DNA of 35,640 nt from IMG/VR virus record IMGVR_UViG_2740892107_000010, positions 1 through 35,640 of that record; one strand, written 5' to 3'. Positions 27,214 to 35,640 of the stretch are shown in pieces; the first letter of the stretch is position 1; every line of letters starts with the position of its first letter. The notes beneath the pieces are model-generated. The model had not been told where the DNA came from, searched no databases, and saw only the letters and a program-made list of their open reading frames with translations. The DNA comes from a virus. Its lineage: Duplodnaviria; Heunggongvirae; Uroviricota; Caudoviricetes. The position numbers and the translations under genes were made by a program.

Positions 27214-30030
27214 TCAATCTTTATCGTAAAAACTGCCACGCCCGGCACGGGTGCGCCGTTCTATTTCTGCCCTGACCATTTCACCGACCAGTTTCGCCAG
27301 TTCGCGGGGATTCTGCGTAACAACGTTATGCAGATGAACATGAATTTCACCGCCAAATCCGGAGGCAACAGGCTCCCGGTTACGGGAAGTTGCAGGAACT
27401 GATGCCACTGGCGATCGTATGGCCTCCTCCACTGGGCGGGAGCTGGCCGTAACAACAGGGACCAGCGCCGGAGGCAGCGGAGCCGGGACCACGGGTGTGA
27501 TCTTAATTGCGGGGGCAGGCTTACTGACCTGCGCAATCTTCCGCTCCTGCCACTCCCCACGAACAGCAAGTGCGCGGGGCAGGTTCTTAAAGACAATATC
27601 GCCAGGGCCAATGCGTTTTTTCGTCTCATCAACCAGCTTACCTGTGTTATCAGCAATCTTGCTGAGTCTGCGTAGCGTACCGGTATTGCTGTCTGTGAGC
27701 GGTTTGTTGTCTTTGGGTTTATCGCCTCCGGTGCCATTGCCATTTTCCGCAGACTTCGGCGGATTGATTTTCGCAATGTCTCCCTGAAACAGAGCAACCT
27801 TATCCTGAAGAATGGCCGCACGCTGTGCGTCTTCGATTTTCTTTCTCGCCCTTTCCGCTTCATCCGGAAGCACACCGAGTTTTTCAAGTATCCACGCCAG
27901 CGTATCCAGCAACATTTTTGCAGGCGTCAGAACAAGCTGTAACGCGCCACCAAGAACGTTACCGAATACCTCGCCAGCACTGGCACATTTATCCAGCGTT
28001 TCCTTGCTGGACTCCATCGGTGACAACAGCGATTTAAACCAGTTAAACACCTGGCTGATCCCGCTTCCGATTGCGTCAAAAACAGGGCCAAACCGTTCAA
28101 AGGTTTCGCGCAACGGGGTCAGCCTTTCCATAATTCCGCTGAACACCCCGGCAAAAAATGCCCTGATGGGATCCCAATATTTCCAGATAAGAATGGCTGC
28201 TCCGGCAAGCGCAGCCACGATAAGACCAACCGGACTGAACAGCGCCCCGATAGCACCTCCCAGCAAAGAAACGGAACCCGTCACCATTCCCCATAGTGCT
28301 GGCAGGAGCCTGACAGCATTCATTGATCCGGTCAGGAGGGAAAAAACAAGACGCAGTTTTGCCAGTGGGCCAGCAAGCACACCAAGAGCAAGCGACAACG
28401 AGCCTACGGTTGCAGTCACTGCCAGCAGCGCACCGCCTGCAATCAGTAGCTGGCGCGTCAGTACAGGATGGGCCTGCGCCAGTGCCGTCACCTTTGAGAC
28501 CACCCGCGTTAGCCACTGCGTGACAGAACGCAGCGGACCGTCAACCAGATCACTGATGCGAATACGAAGACCTTCCCATGCGCTGTCGAGATTTTTCAGG
28601 TCGCCATCAAGGTTGTCGGCCATAACCTTTGCCGTGCGTTCAGCCTCACCGCGTGCGCCCTCAAGTTCTTTTCTCAGTTTGGGTAAGGAACCGTCACCCG
28701 CCGCATCAACGAGTGCCATAAACGATGTGAAAGCCTCTTCCCCGGCGATGTCCTTAAAGAAGGATACCCGGTCAACTTCCCCGTATTTGCGGGTAGCTTT
28801 ATAAAGGTCAGCCAGCAGATCTTCCATCGGGCGCATTTTGCCCCCGGCATCCGAGACGGACACGCCCAGCTCTTTCAGAGCTTCTGCCGCCGCCTTTGGC
28901 GGTGATGCCAGACGAGCCAGGCTGGCACGCATTGCCGTCCCGGCATCACTCCCCCTGATGCCCATATTCGCCAGTACGCCCGCCATCGCTGCGGCCTGCT
29001 CCAGCGATATTCCCAGCTTACCCGCCACCGGACCTGCATATTTCATGGTTTCGCCCAGTGCGCGAAGGTCAGTGTTGGTACGGGTAAACGCTGCGGTGAG
29101 TGTGTCACCGACCCGATCCATCTGGTCAGCAGAAAGGCCGAACTGCGTCAGGATATTTGAGCCAATATCTGCCGTCTCGCCGAGCTCCATACCGCCAGCC
29201 GTTGCCATGCTCAGCACGCCCGGAAGCGCAGCCTGAATGGCCTGCGGTGTGAAGCCAGCCATTGCAAGAAATGCCTGTCCACTGGCGGCATCGCCTGCAG
29301 TGAACTGAGTTTCAGAGCCAAGTTTTAACGCCTGCTCACGCAGCGCCTTAAACTGCGGGCTGTTTTTGTCGATTCGCGTCAGTGCCTGAACGCGGGACAT
29401 CTCTTTCCCGAACCCGATCGCAGGCTGCAAAAAACGCCCGGCAGCATAGCCGCCCGCCGCTGCCGCACCAATTGCCAGCGCACCACCTGTTTTCAGTTTT
29501 CCCGCAGTTTCCTGCGCGCGTGAATACCGCTCACGCGCCCGCGTTACACGCGCAAGCGCCTGCCGTTCGCGTTCAAGCTGGTTGTTGTACTGTTCGGTGC
29601 GTCTGATGGCCTGCTGGATGGTGTTATCGCTGCCTGTCAGGGAAATGCCGTGGCGTTTCAGCTCTCCGCCAAGCTCCCGCATTTTCTGAATTTCCCGTGC
29701 GCGCGATTCATTCAGGCGTTCAAGCCGGGTGCTTAACTGCTGCATCAGCTTTTGTTGTTTTTCGCTGAGCACTGTACCCGTGCGTTGTAACTGATTAAGG
29801 GCGTTAAGCTGGCGTCGTGCTTTCAATATGCCAGCATCCGCTTTACTGACAGCGTCACGGGCGCGCTCAAATGAACGCGCCTGACGCTCGAGATTTTTGA
29901 TCGCCCCCTGCGTTCGCTGGATGGAGTCACCAAACTGCCCCATCAGGCGGCGGGCGTTTTCGGCAGGCCGGGTCAGCCTGTCAACGGCGCTGAAAGCGAC
30001 CCGGATATCAAGAGTCTTCATTGTCTGCAT
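27214..30030 (-). CDS. T: Tail tape measure protein (P2 gpT family)
   Basis: About 940 aa, alanine/glycine-rich with hydrophobic central stretches; start uncertain among GTG 30057, ATG 30030, ATG 30021. Confidence 0.85.
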   Translation of the reverse strand: MQTMKTLDIRVAFSAVDRLTRPAENARRLMGQFGDSIQRTQGAIKNLERQARSFERARDAVSKADAGILKARRQLNALNQLQRTGTVLSEKQQKLMQQLSTRLERLNESRAREIQKMRELGGELKRHGISLTGSDNTIQQAIRRTEQYNNQLERERQALARVTRARERYSRAQETAGKLKTGGALAIGAAAAGGYAAGRFLQPAIGFGKEMSRVQALTRIDKNSPQFKALREQALKLGSETQFTAGDAASGQAFLAMAGFTPQAIQAALPGVLSMATAGGMELGETADIGSNILTQFGLSADQMDRVGDTLTAAFTRTNTDLRALGETMKYAGPVAGKLGISLEQAAAMAGVLANMGIRGSDAGTAMRASLARLASPPKAAAEALKELGVSVSDAGGKMRPMEDLLADLYKATRKYGEVDRVSFFKDIAGEEAFTSFMALVDAAGDGSLPKLRKELEGARGEAERTAKVMADNLDGDLKNLDSAWEGLRIRISDLVDGPLRSVTQWLTRVVSKVTALAQAHPVLTRQLLIAGGALLAVTATVGSLSLALGVLAGPLAKLRLVFSLLTGSMNAVRLLPALWGMVTGSVSLLGGAIGALFSPVGLIVAALAGAAILIWKYWDPIRAFFAGVFSGIMERLTPLRETFERFGPVFDAIGSGISQVFNWFKSLLSPMESSKETLDKCASAGEVFGNVLGGALQLVLTPAKMLLDTLAWILEKLGVLPDEAERARKKIEDAQRAAILQDKVALFQGDIAKINPPKSAENGNGTGGDKPKDNKPLTDSNTGTLRRLSKIADNTGKLVDETKKRIGPGDIVFKNLPRALAVRGEWQERKIAQVSKPAPAIKITPVVPAPLPPALVPVVTASSRPVEEAIRSPVASVPATSRNREPVASGFGGEIHVHLHNVVTQNPRELAKLVGEMVRAEIERRTRAGRGSFYDKD

Positions 30031-30537
30031 TCCCGCTGCGAAGTGCCGCCCGCTCACGCCAGCTAACCACTTCGCCGGGCGTCATCATGAAGATTTCGGC
30101 GGGCGACCAGTTAAAAATAACGGCAATATCTGCCACAAAGTCTTCTATGTGCTCAAAGCACACAACCGTGATCAGGCTTCCGTCGCCTGTTCGTTCTTCC
30201 CGCCAGAGTCCGCACCGCTCAAAAAATTTACGGCAACCACACATAACTGAATAAAGTCACGGGATGCCATTTTTTTGATCGTCACTTCATCCAGTCGCGG
30301 TGATGTCACGCGTGACAGCAGCGTAAACATGGATTCCGCTTTCAGATTCAGCACATCAGACAGCGACAAATCTCGCAGAGATCCAGCCTGCTCAATAGCC
30401 CCGGAGATCTCCACATACGTGATTTTTTCGCCGCCTCGCTCAATTGGTTGGGTAAGTTTTACGCCACGCTCACTGGTTTCTTTCACAGTGTCAGCAACTA
30501 CCGTGTTTTCGGTATCGATGTTTTTCGTCTCTTTCAT
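30008..30537 (-). CDS. Frameshift-extended tail chaperone E+E' (-1 programmed frameshift)
   Basis: The -1 frame is open from the slippery site (plus 30221-30227) to a stop at 30008; same arrangement as P2 E/E+E'. Confidence 0.65.
30172..30537 (-). CDS. E: Tail assembly chaperone E (P2 gpE family)
   Basis: 121 aa between the tube and tape-measure genes; contains in-frame slippery heptamer T-TTT-TTG. Confidence 0.75.
   Translation of the reverse strand: MKETKNIDTENTVVADTVKETSERGVKLTQPIERGGEKITYVEISGAIEQAGSLRDLSLSDVLNLKAESMFTLLSRVTSPRLDEVTIKKMASRDFIQLCVVAVNFLSGADSGGKNEQATEA
30221..30227 (-). other. Programmed -1 ribosomal frameshift slippery heptamer T_TTT_TTG
   Basis: Minus-strand sequence gta-aaT-TTT-TTG-agc phased as X-XXY-YYZ in the E frame. 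Confidence 0.65.
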
Positions 30538-30591
30538 CAGGAAACTCCTTTCAGTCAGAGGCGACGCACTGCGCCGCCTGCATATTACTTA

Positions 30592-31104
30592 TCAGCCAAG
30601 CCCAAGCGCGGAACGGATGCGATCGGGCACAATGTCCTTGCCGTCCTTCCGGTAAATGAAGTTCAGCAGGTCAATCTCCCACAACGGGCGATCGTTAACG
30701 CTCAGCTTGTAGTAGGTGTTTTTAATGGCGTAAGTGTGTGATGTGGCTTCGCCCTGTTTGGCTTCCCCCATATCAATTTCCGTCACACGTCCGCGCATTT
30801 CGACTTCATACAGGTCGCTTTCTGCATCGGTGTAGTATTCACCCGCAAAACGCAGCAGCGTGCCGTCAATCGTGCCGCCATACTTAAGGAACAGCTCACG
30901 AACTGCGCCCCCCATGACAAAGCTCGCATCAAGCGCGGAGTCGTCCAGGCCGAGATCAATACTTACCGCCCCCATCATGCCACCACCCCGGTAGCTGTCG
31001 GTTTTGCGCGTCAGCTTAGGCAGAGTGACGGACGTCACCTTACCCACTTCGTTTTCGCCATCCACAAACAGCGTAAAAAAGCGAAGATGTTTTGGCACAG
31101 CCAT
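30592..31104 (-). CDS. FII: Tail tube protein (P2 gpFII family)
   Basis: 170 aa directly after the sheath gene. Confidence 0.85.
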   Translation of the reverse strand: MAVPKHLRFFTLFVDGENEVGKVTSVTLPKLTRKTDSYRGGGMMGAVSIDLGLDDSALDASFVMGGAVRELFLKYGGTIDGTLLRFAGEYYTDAESDLYEVEMRGRVTEIDMGEAKQGEATSHTYAIKNTYYKLSVNDRPLWEIDLLNFIYRKDGKDIVPDRIRSALGLG

Positions 31105-32288
31105 CAGGCACCTCCCAGCACCGCAAATGCGGGTTCAAAGTATTCATCAGTAAACGTCTGGTAAAGCTCCATGTCTTCCAGTGGCGGAACGGGCGTATAT
31201 TTGTAGCGAATACGCACACGCCCCTGACGTAAATCCGTGGTGCTGTTATCCACCACGTCATACCAGCACTCCGCGCCAATCAGTTTCCCGGCAGTAACCA
31301 GTGAATCCAGTTTTGCCCTGACGGCACTGATAACATCCTTCACGTTCGCGGGTGTTAATGGACTGTCGATGGTTTCAAACTGCGCTTCCGCAATCGTGTC
31401 AGCCAGTACCTGTGCGGTACGGGTATACACCTCAAAGATGTAGGCGTTCGTTTCCGGTGTGCGGTTGCCCCAGAAACGGAACCCGTTGCGACGAATAATG
31501 GTCGTGATTTCTTTGTTGTTGAGGCTGTTGGCATCGCTGTCTTCGGCCTGTAACGACCAGAACACATGCCTGGACATCCCCAGCACATTTTTAACCGGAA
31601 CGTTGGACAGCGATTTGTGCCAGCCCTGCTCATGGTCAATGTACGCACGAAGGCCGCACGCATAGGCAGGCGCGGGGAACGTTTCGTTTTCGCCACTTTT
31701 CGGGTTGTAGGCGATGAAGTCCGGCCACAAGAGCATCACTTCACGTTCGTTGAATTTCTGGCGGTAGGTAATCGCTTCAGCCATCGTGTTACAGCCGTGA
31801 CATGAGGCATACACAAACGCGCGCAGTTTACCCGCTATCACGCACAGGGATTTTATTACCGCCTCCGTGTCCAGCTCCGGCGCGGCCAGAATACGCGGAC
31901 GGTATCCGATGCTTTCATCCTGCTCTGCAACAAGCAGCGCATACATCCCCGTATAGCTGCCGTCATCCTCAGAACCACCGATAACCAGTTGATCCTGCGT
32001 CTTTCCGTCTTCTTCTTTGTGTTCAGCCACGCGAACGACGATCACCTTTGTGCTCACCTGGTCTGCGATGGCCTTAAGCGCACGATAAAGCGTCCCCGTT
32101 GTCCCGCATTTTCCCAGCACGTCATTGACGCGGGTCAGCAGTGTAGGCTTGTTCAGCGGGAACAGCTTCGCGTCCGCATCATCCGCCGTTGCCACGATAC
32201 CGATAACGCTGGAATCAACATCGTTAATCGCTGTTACCAGGTCGGTATTTTCCGTAACACGGGCACCATGAAAACGAGTTTCACTCAT
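31104..32288 (-). CDS. FI: Tail sheath protein (P2 gpFI family)
   Basis: 394 aa, size and neighbours match P2 FI. Confidence 0.9.
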   Translation of the reverse strand: MSETRFHGARVTENTDLVTAINDVDSSVIGIVATADDADAKLFPLNKPTLLTRVNDVLGKCGTTGTLYRALKAIADQVSTKVIVVRVAEHKEEDGKTQDQLVIGGSEDDGSYTGMYALLVAEQDESIGYRPRILAAPELDTEAVIKSLCVIAGKLRAFVYASCHGCNTMAEAITYRQKFNEREVMLLWPDFIAYNPKSGENETFPAPAYACGLRAYIDHEQGWHKSLSNVPVKNVLGMSRHVFWSLQAEDSDANSLNNKEITTIIRRNGFRFWGNRTPETNAYIFEVYTRTAQVLADTIAEAQFETIDSPLTPANVKDVISAVRAKLDSLVTAGKLIGAECWYDVVDNSTTDLRQGRVRIRYKYTPVPPLEDMELYQTFTDEYFEPAFAVLGGA

Positions 32289-32445
32289 AGCTTCAGCCCC
32301 TTGTATCCGTTAAATGATTCGGCAACAATCATCACCCACCACGCGCGTAATCTCACCCCTGCGCCGTTCTCCCGCCACGGCGACAACAAAAAGCAGTAAC
32401 CCCCTCCGCACGCACATGCGACCATGCTGCACAGGGAGGGAGCAG

Positions 32446-33555
32446 ATGACCGACACCACCATGCAATTGCTCAGTCAGAGCACAGACCCCGTAAAAATGC
32501 CGGATTTTGATATTCTCGCGGAGGGTAAAACGCTGTCCGGCGTGGCAGAGCGCCTGATGAGCCTGTCGCTGACCGACAACCGGGGATTTGAGGCAGACCA
32601 GCTCACCATCACGCTGGATGATGCGGATGGTCAGTTGCAGCTACCGCCACGGGGCGCGCGCCTGACGGTTCTCATTGGCTGGAAAGGCGAACCGCTGACA
32701 GAAAAAGGGTCTTACATTGTTGATGAAATCGCACACGAAGGACCGCCAGACAGGCTGACTGTTTCAGCCAGAAGCGCAGATTTTCGGGATGAATTTAACG
32801 TTAAACGTGAAGTGTCCTGGCATGATGTGACCGTTGAGCGCGTGGTATCCGCCATCGCTCATCGGTATGGTCTGAAACCGCAAATCAGCGAAATGCTGAT
32901 GGATATTGAAATCGACCACGCCGACCAGACCGAAGAAAGCGACATGTCCTTCCTTACGCGCATGGCGGAAATGCTGGGCGCAATCACTACGGTAAAAAGC
33001 GGTAATCTGTTATTCATCATGCCAGGTGGTGGCGTGAACGCACAGGGCCAGCCGTTGCCCTCGTTCGCCATTACACGCAGCAGCGGCGATCGCCATCAGT
33101 TCCGTATTGCTGACCGCGAGGCGTATACGGGGGTACGCGCCTACTGGCTTGATCTTAATTACGGGAAAAAGAAAAAAGTCAGCGTGAAACGCCGTAAACC
33201 GCCAAAACCCAAAAAGGAGAAAAGCAGCAGCCGTGAAGGTGATTATATGGAAGGCGCGGAAGGCAATGTGTTTGTGTTACGCAAGACTTATCAGAACGAG
33301 CAGGCAGCAAGACGCGCAGCGGCGGCAAAGTGGCAGCAACTACAACGCGGAGCCGCATCATTCTCCATCACGCTGGCGCGTGGACGTGCAGAACTCTATC
33401 CCGAAATGCATGGCACGGTGACAGGCTTCAAAAGTGACATCGACAATCAGGACTGGATTATTGCAAAAGCCGAGCACACCATTGATAACAGCGGCTTTAC
33501 CACGCAGCTTGAGCTTGAGGCAAAAATCCCGGAATGGATAGCAGAAACAGCGTGA
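32446..33555 (+). CDS. D: Tail protein D (P2 late control gene D family)
   Basis: About 369 aa from ATG 32446 with GGGAGGG ribosome-binding site; the longer upstream ORF start at 32314 looks like an artefact. Confidence 0.8.
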   Translation: MTDTTMQLLSQSTDPVKMPDFDILAEGKTLSGVAERLMSLSLTDNRGFEADQLTITLDDADGQLQLPPRGARLTVLIGWKGEPLTEKGSYIVDEIAHEGPPDRLTVSARSADFRDEFNVKREVSWHDVTVERVVSAIAHRYGLKPQISEMLMDIEIDHADQTEESDMSFLTRMAEMLGAITTVKSGNLLFIMPGGGVNAQGQPLPSFAITRSSGDRHQFRIADREAYTGVRAYWLDLNYGKKKKVSVKRRKPPKPKKEKSSSREGDYMEGAEGNVFVLRKTYQNEQAARRAAAAKWQQLQRGAASFSITLARGRAELYPEMHGTVTGFKSDIDNQDWIIAKAEHTIDNSGFTTQLELEAKIPEWIAETA

Positions 33556-33646
33556 ATGTCTTAAATGTATTAGTTCAGATATGTACTAGCAATAAACATA
33601 GTTAGAAAGGCCGCTAACGCGGCCATATTAATTAAAACTCCAGTTA

Positions 33647-34816
33647 CTAATATTGAGAAAGATAATCAGCGACTCCATCTGCAGGGTTTCGCCCACCAGT
33701 ATAAATTGTGCCTAATTCTTGAGGTGTAACATATGTTGTAGGCCAAATGGCCATATTTTTAAAATAGTTATCTATTTTTATTCTTTGAAGTTCTTTAAAG
33801 AGATAATCTTCTAAGTCATTTCTTTTTAGACAGTTAACATAATAAGCAGCCGCACTTGCTACTATATCTACAATTTGTAATTGAGGATACTCTTGTGATG
33901 AATGGAATGTCAAAGAACGAGCTTTAATTGGCAATTCAAATTTTCTTCGATCATAACCATATGCCTCCGTAATTTTTGATATATCCATAAATTTATCAAA
34001 AATATCTTTCTTCTCTGTAATAGCTTTGGAATCGTCATGCTTAATATAAAAACCATTAGGGTATAATTTACCCCATTCTACACAGTGTCTAAAGAGGCTT
34101 GGTATAGATGGATCTAATGTGCTTTTCTCAACACCTTCCAATATATCATCAATATCGCTTCTGGTAATACTAATTCTGTTTATTATATCTGTGAATATCT
34201 TATCACTTGAGCATATCTTTAACTCATCAATTACCCTGTAAAATTCATCAATTGACTCAGTCGATTGGCTTCTGATCATATTCATAAAACACTGATACAT
34301 TACCTCTGTTTTTTCCTCCCCACAGAAAGCAGGGAAACAGAAATAGTAAACATTAGACAGAGCTAGATTCTGTCCATTTATATAAAGATCTATTCCTCTA
34401 TTAGAGCACCACGTCTCGATCAAAATATCAACAATCTTTGCTGTTAGCATGTATTTTTTATCGACCAAGTATATTTTAACATTCTCTTCATTGACATATT
34501 TGCTTTCAAGAAGCCTAATGATGCCATCCTGACCAGATTTTCTACGTCTAAGAGTTTTAAAGTGGGCTTCTGTTGGAGACTTGCTTCCGGTTAGTTCTAA
34601 TGCCTTAAGCGCATCCTGTTTACTAATACTACTTGAACTTAAGGTAAAAACAGGTTGCAATGGATCGAGTAAATTTCCGCCAGTATTACCTGATTCATCA
34701 AAAAATATATCAGGCTTTATATACAACATTTTATTTATCTTTGCCGCTAAGTTTCTTTTTTTCTCATTTTCTCGCTTAATTTTATTATCTCGCCTACGTT
34801 GACTATTCTTTCCCAT
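33647..34816 (-). CDS. AT-rich 389-aa cargo protein of unknown function (DUF3800-like N-terminal motif, tentative)
   Basis: Low GC; GAGG ribosome-binding site 5 nt upstream of ATG 34816; N-terminal IFFDESGNTG motif that I recall as typical of the DUF3800 family; inserted between D and ogr on the opposite strand. Confidence 0.7.
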   Translation of the reverse strand: MGKNSQRRRDNKIKRENEKKRNLAAKINKMLYIKPDIFFDESGNTGGNLLDPLQPVFTLSSSSISKQDALKALELTGSKSPTEAHFKTLRRRKSGQDGIIRLLESKYVNEENVKIYLVDKKYMLTAKIVDILIETWCSNRGIDLYINGQNLALSNVYYFCFPAFCGEEKTEVMYQCFMNMIRSQSTESIDEFYRVIDELKICSSDKIFTDIINRISITRSDIDDILEGVEKSTLDPSIPSLFRHCVEWGKLYPNGFYIKHDDSKAITEKKDIFDKFMDISKITEAYGYDRRKFELPIKARSLTFHSSQEYPQLQIVDIVASAAAYYVNCLKRNDLEDYLFKELQRIKIDNYFKNMAIWPTTYVTPQELGTIYTGGRNPADGVADYLSQY

Positions 34817-35048
34817 AAATACCTCACAATCTGAATTAGATATCCCAATTTAACGCATTAATAACATAATGTTATGATATCACACAATCAAAATAACGTG
34901 CTGATTTTAATGTATCAGGTTTGACTAGCTATTCTTTGATAAGCGAATAATAAGAATGTCAGCCCCTCAACTCAAAGCGGTTTAGTCAGTTGGAATCGGA
35001 GCTAGTAGAACTTAAAATAACAGAAGCACCACGTTAAGGGAGGTCTCT

Positions 35049-35309
35049 ATGTTCCGTTGTCCGCTTTGTGGCGCATCTGCCCGTATCCGCACAAGTCGTC
35101 CGGAAAATGATTCAAACACCGTGCGGCAAAAGTATTACCAGTGTAACAACCTGGAATGCGGCGTATGCTTCTCAACACTGGAAGCCTTCCATAAATTCAC
35201 ATCAAAACACGCCTCCGCCGTTCACTCTTCAGAAGGTATCCCGTGGCATGAGCTGCCAGCTTCACACAGGGGAAACAATCAGATGAGTTTGCCTTTACCT
35301 CAGAACTAA
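35049..35309 (+). CDS. ogr: Ogr/Delta-family zinc-finger late transcription activator
   Basis: 86 aa; MFRCPLCG...QCNNLEC gives a C-x2-C-x22-C-x4-C finger like P2 Ogr; GGGAGG ribosome-binding site. Confidence 0.85.
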   Translation: MFRCPLCGASARIRTSRPENDSNTVRQKYYQCNNLECGVCFSTLEAFHKFTSKHASAVHSSEGIPWHELPASHRGNNQMSLPLPQN

Positions 35310-35499
35310 CAGGCAGAATTGCCGGATTAACAAAAAAGCGATAGATTACGCGCGGGTGCCTTTCGGCTGATGGTCGGAGGGAATACCTGAAGGCCAGATG
35401 TGGAAAGGCCCCGGAAAACATTTTTGTTTAACCGAGGCCCTAACCGTCTACCCTAAGCAAGTGATAGGTTAGCGCCTCCCCGAAAAAGGAGCAAGCGCT

Positions 35500-35640
35500 A
35501 TGTCGCAAAAATCGCTTACGGCCATCACGTTCTGCGTGACGGCAATCCTCATCATCTGGATGCTGCACGGTTCGCTGTGCGAAATACGGATGAGCTTCTG
35601 GGGAGCGGAGTTTGCGGCGTTCTTACAGTGTAAGCAGTAA
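35500..35640 (+). CDS. hok: Hok/Gef-family type I toxin (HokA-like)
   Basis: 46 aa MSQKSLTAITFCVTAILIIWMLHGSLCEIRMSFWGAEFAAFLQCKQ: single transmembrane helix followed by the SLCE[IL] and AAFL motifs of Hok proteins; AGGAG ribosome-binding site; stop is the last codon of the window. Confidence 0.7.
   Translation: MSQKSLTAITFCVTAILIIWMLHGSLCEIRMSFWGAEFAAFLQCKQ

Larger units (their letters stand above)
596..35309. mobile_element. P2/186-like prophage, integrase to ogr; true att boundaries not identified
   Basis: Near-complete, P2-ordered set of head, tail, lysis, replication, immunity and integration genes; ogr-like zinc finger at one end and integrase at the other, as expected for a prophage cut at attP. 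Confidence 0.85.

Noticed and set aside
27261-28804. Several 200-330-aa ORFs in alternative frames within the tape-measure gene
   Set aside because: Serine/arginine/proline-rich artefacts overlapping a long, well-supported structural gene.
30271-30277. A7 run on the minus strand as the E/E' frameshift site
   Set aside because: The -1 frame from this site hits a stop within a few codons; the productive slippery site is T-TTT-TTG further downstream at plus 30221-30227.
32314-32445. N-terminal extension of the D ORF
   Set aside because: Proline/serine/arginine-rich extension with no ribosome-binding site, whereas ATG 32446 follows a strong GGGAGGG site.
1-35640. CRISPR array or tRNA/tmRNA integration target
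   Set aside because: No regularly spaced direct repeats seen, and no cloverleaf-like tRNA at either end; att sites therefore remain unassigned.

Overview
The window is essentially one complete P2/186-family temperate myovirus prophage, read from the integrase end to the ogr end. Left to right: a 186-type tyrosine integrase and P2 C-like repressor (minus strand), a divergent early operon of small genes ending in the rolling-circle replication initiator A, a cargo interval (ParM/ParR-like pair, a zinc-ribbon protein, an AT-rich membrane gene broken at a C7 tract), portal Q and terminase P (minus), then capsid, lysis, baseplate and tail-fiber genes O-N-M-L-X-holin-endolysin-Rz/Rz1-R-S-V-W-J-I-H-G (plus). 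An AT-rich hexapeptide acetyltransferase follows, then the sheath/tube/tape-measure block FI-FII-E/E'-T-U on the minus strand (opposite to canonical P2), then D, an AT-rich 389-aa cargo gene, and ogr. A Hok-family toxin gene sits at the right edge. Attachment sites and cos could not be pinned down by eye. The best candidates for an undescribed system are the AT-rich cargo genes at 33647-34816 and 10037-11042, and the ParMR-like pair. All calls rest on reading the supplied translations and sequence by eye; no database search was run.
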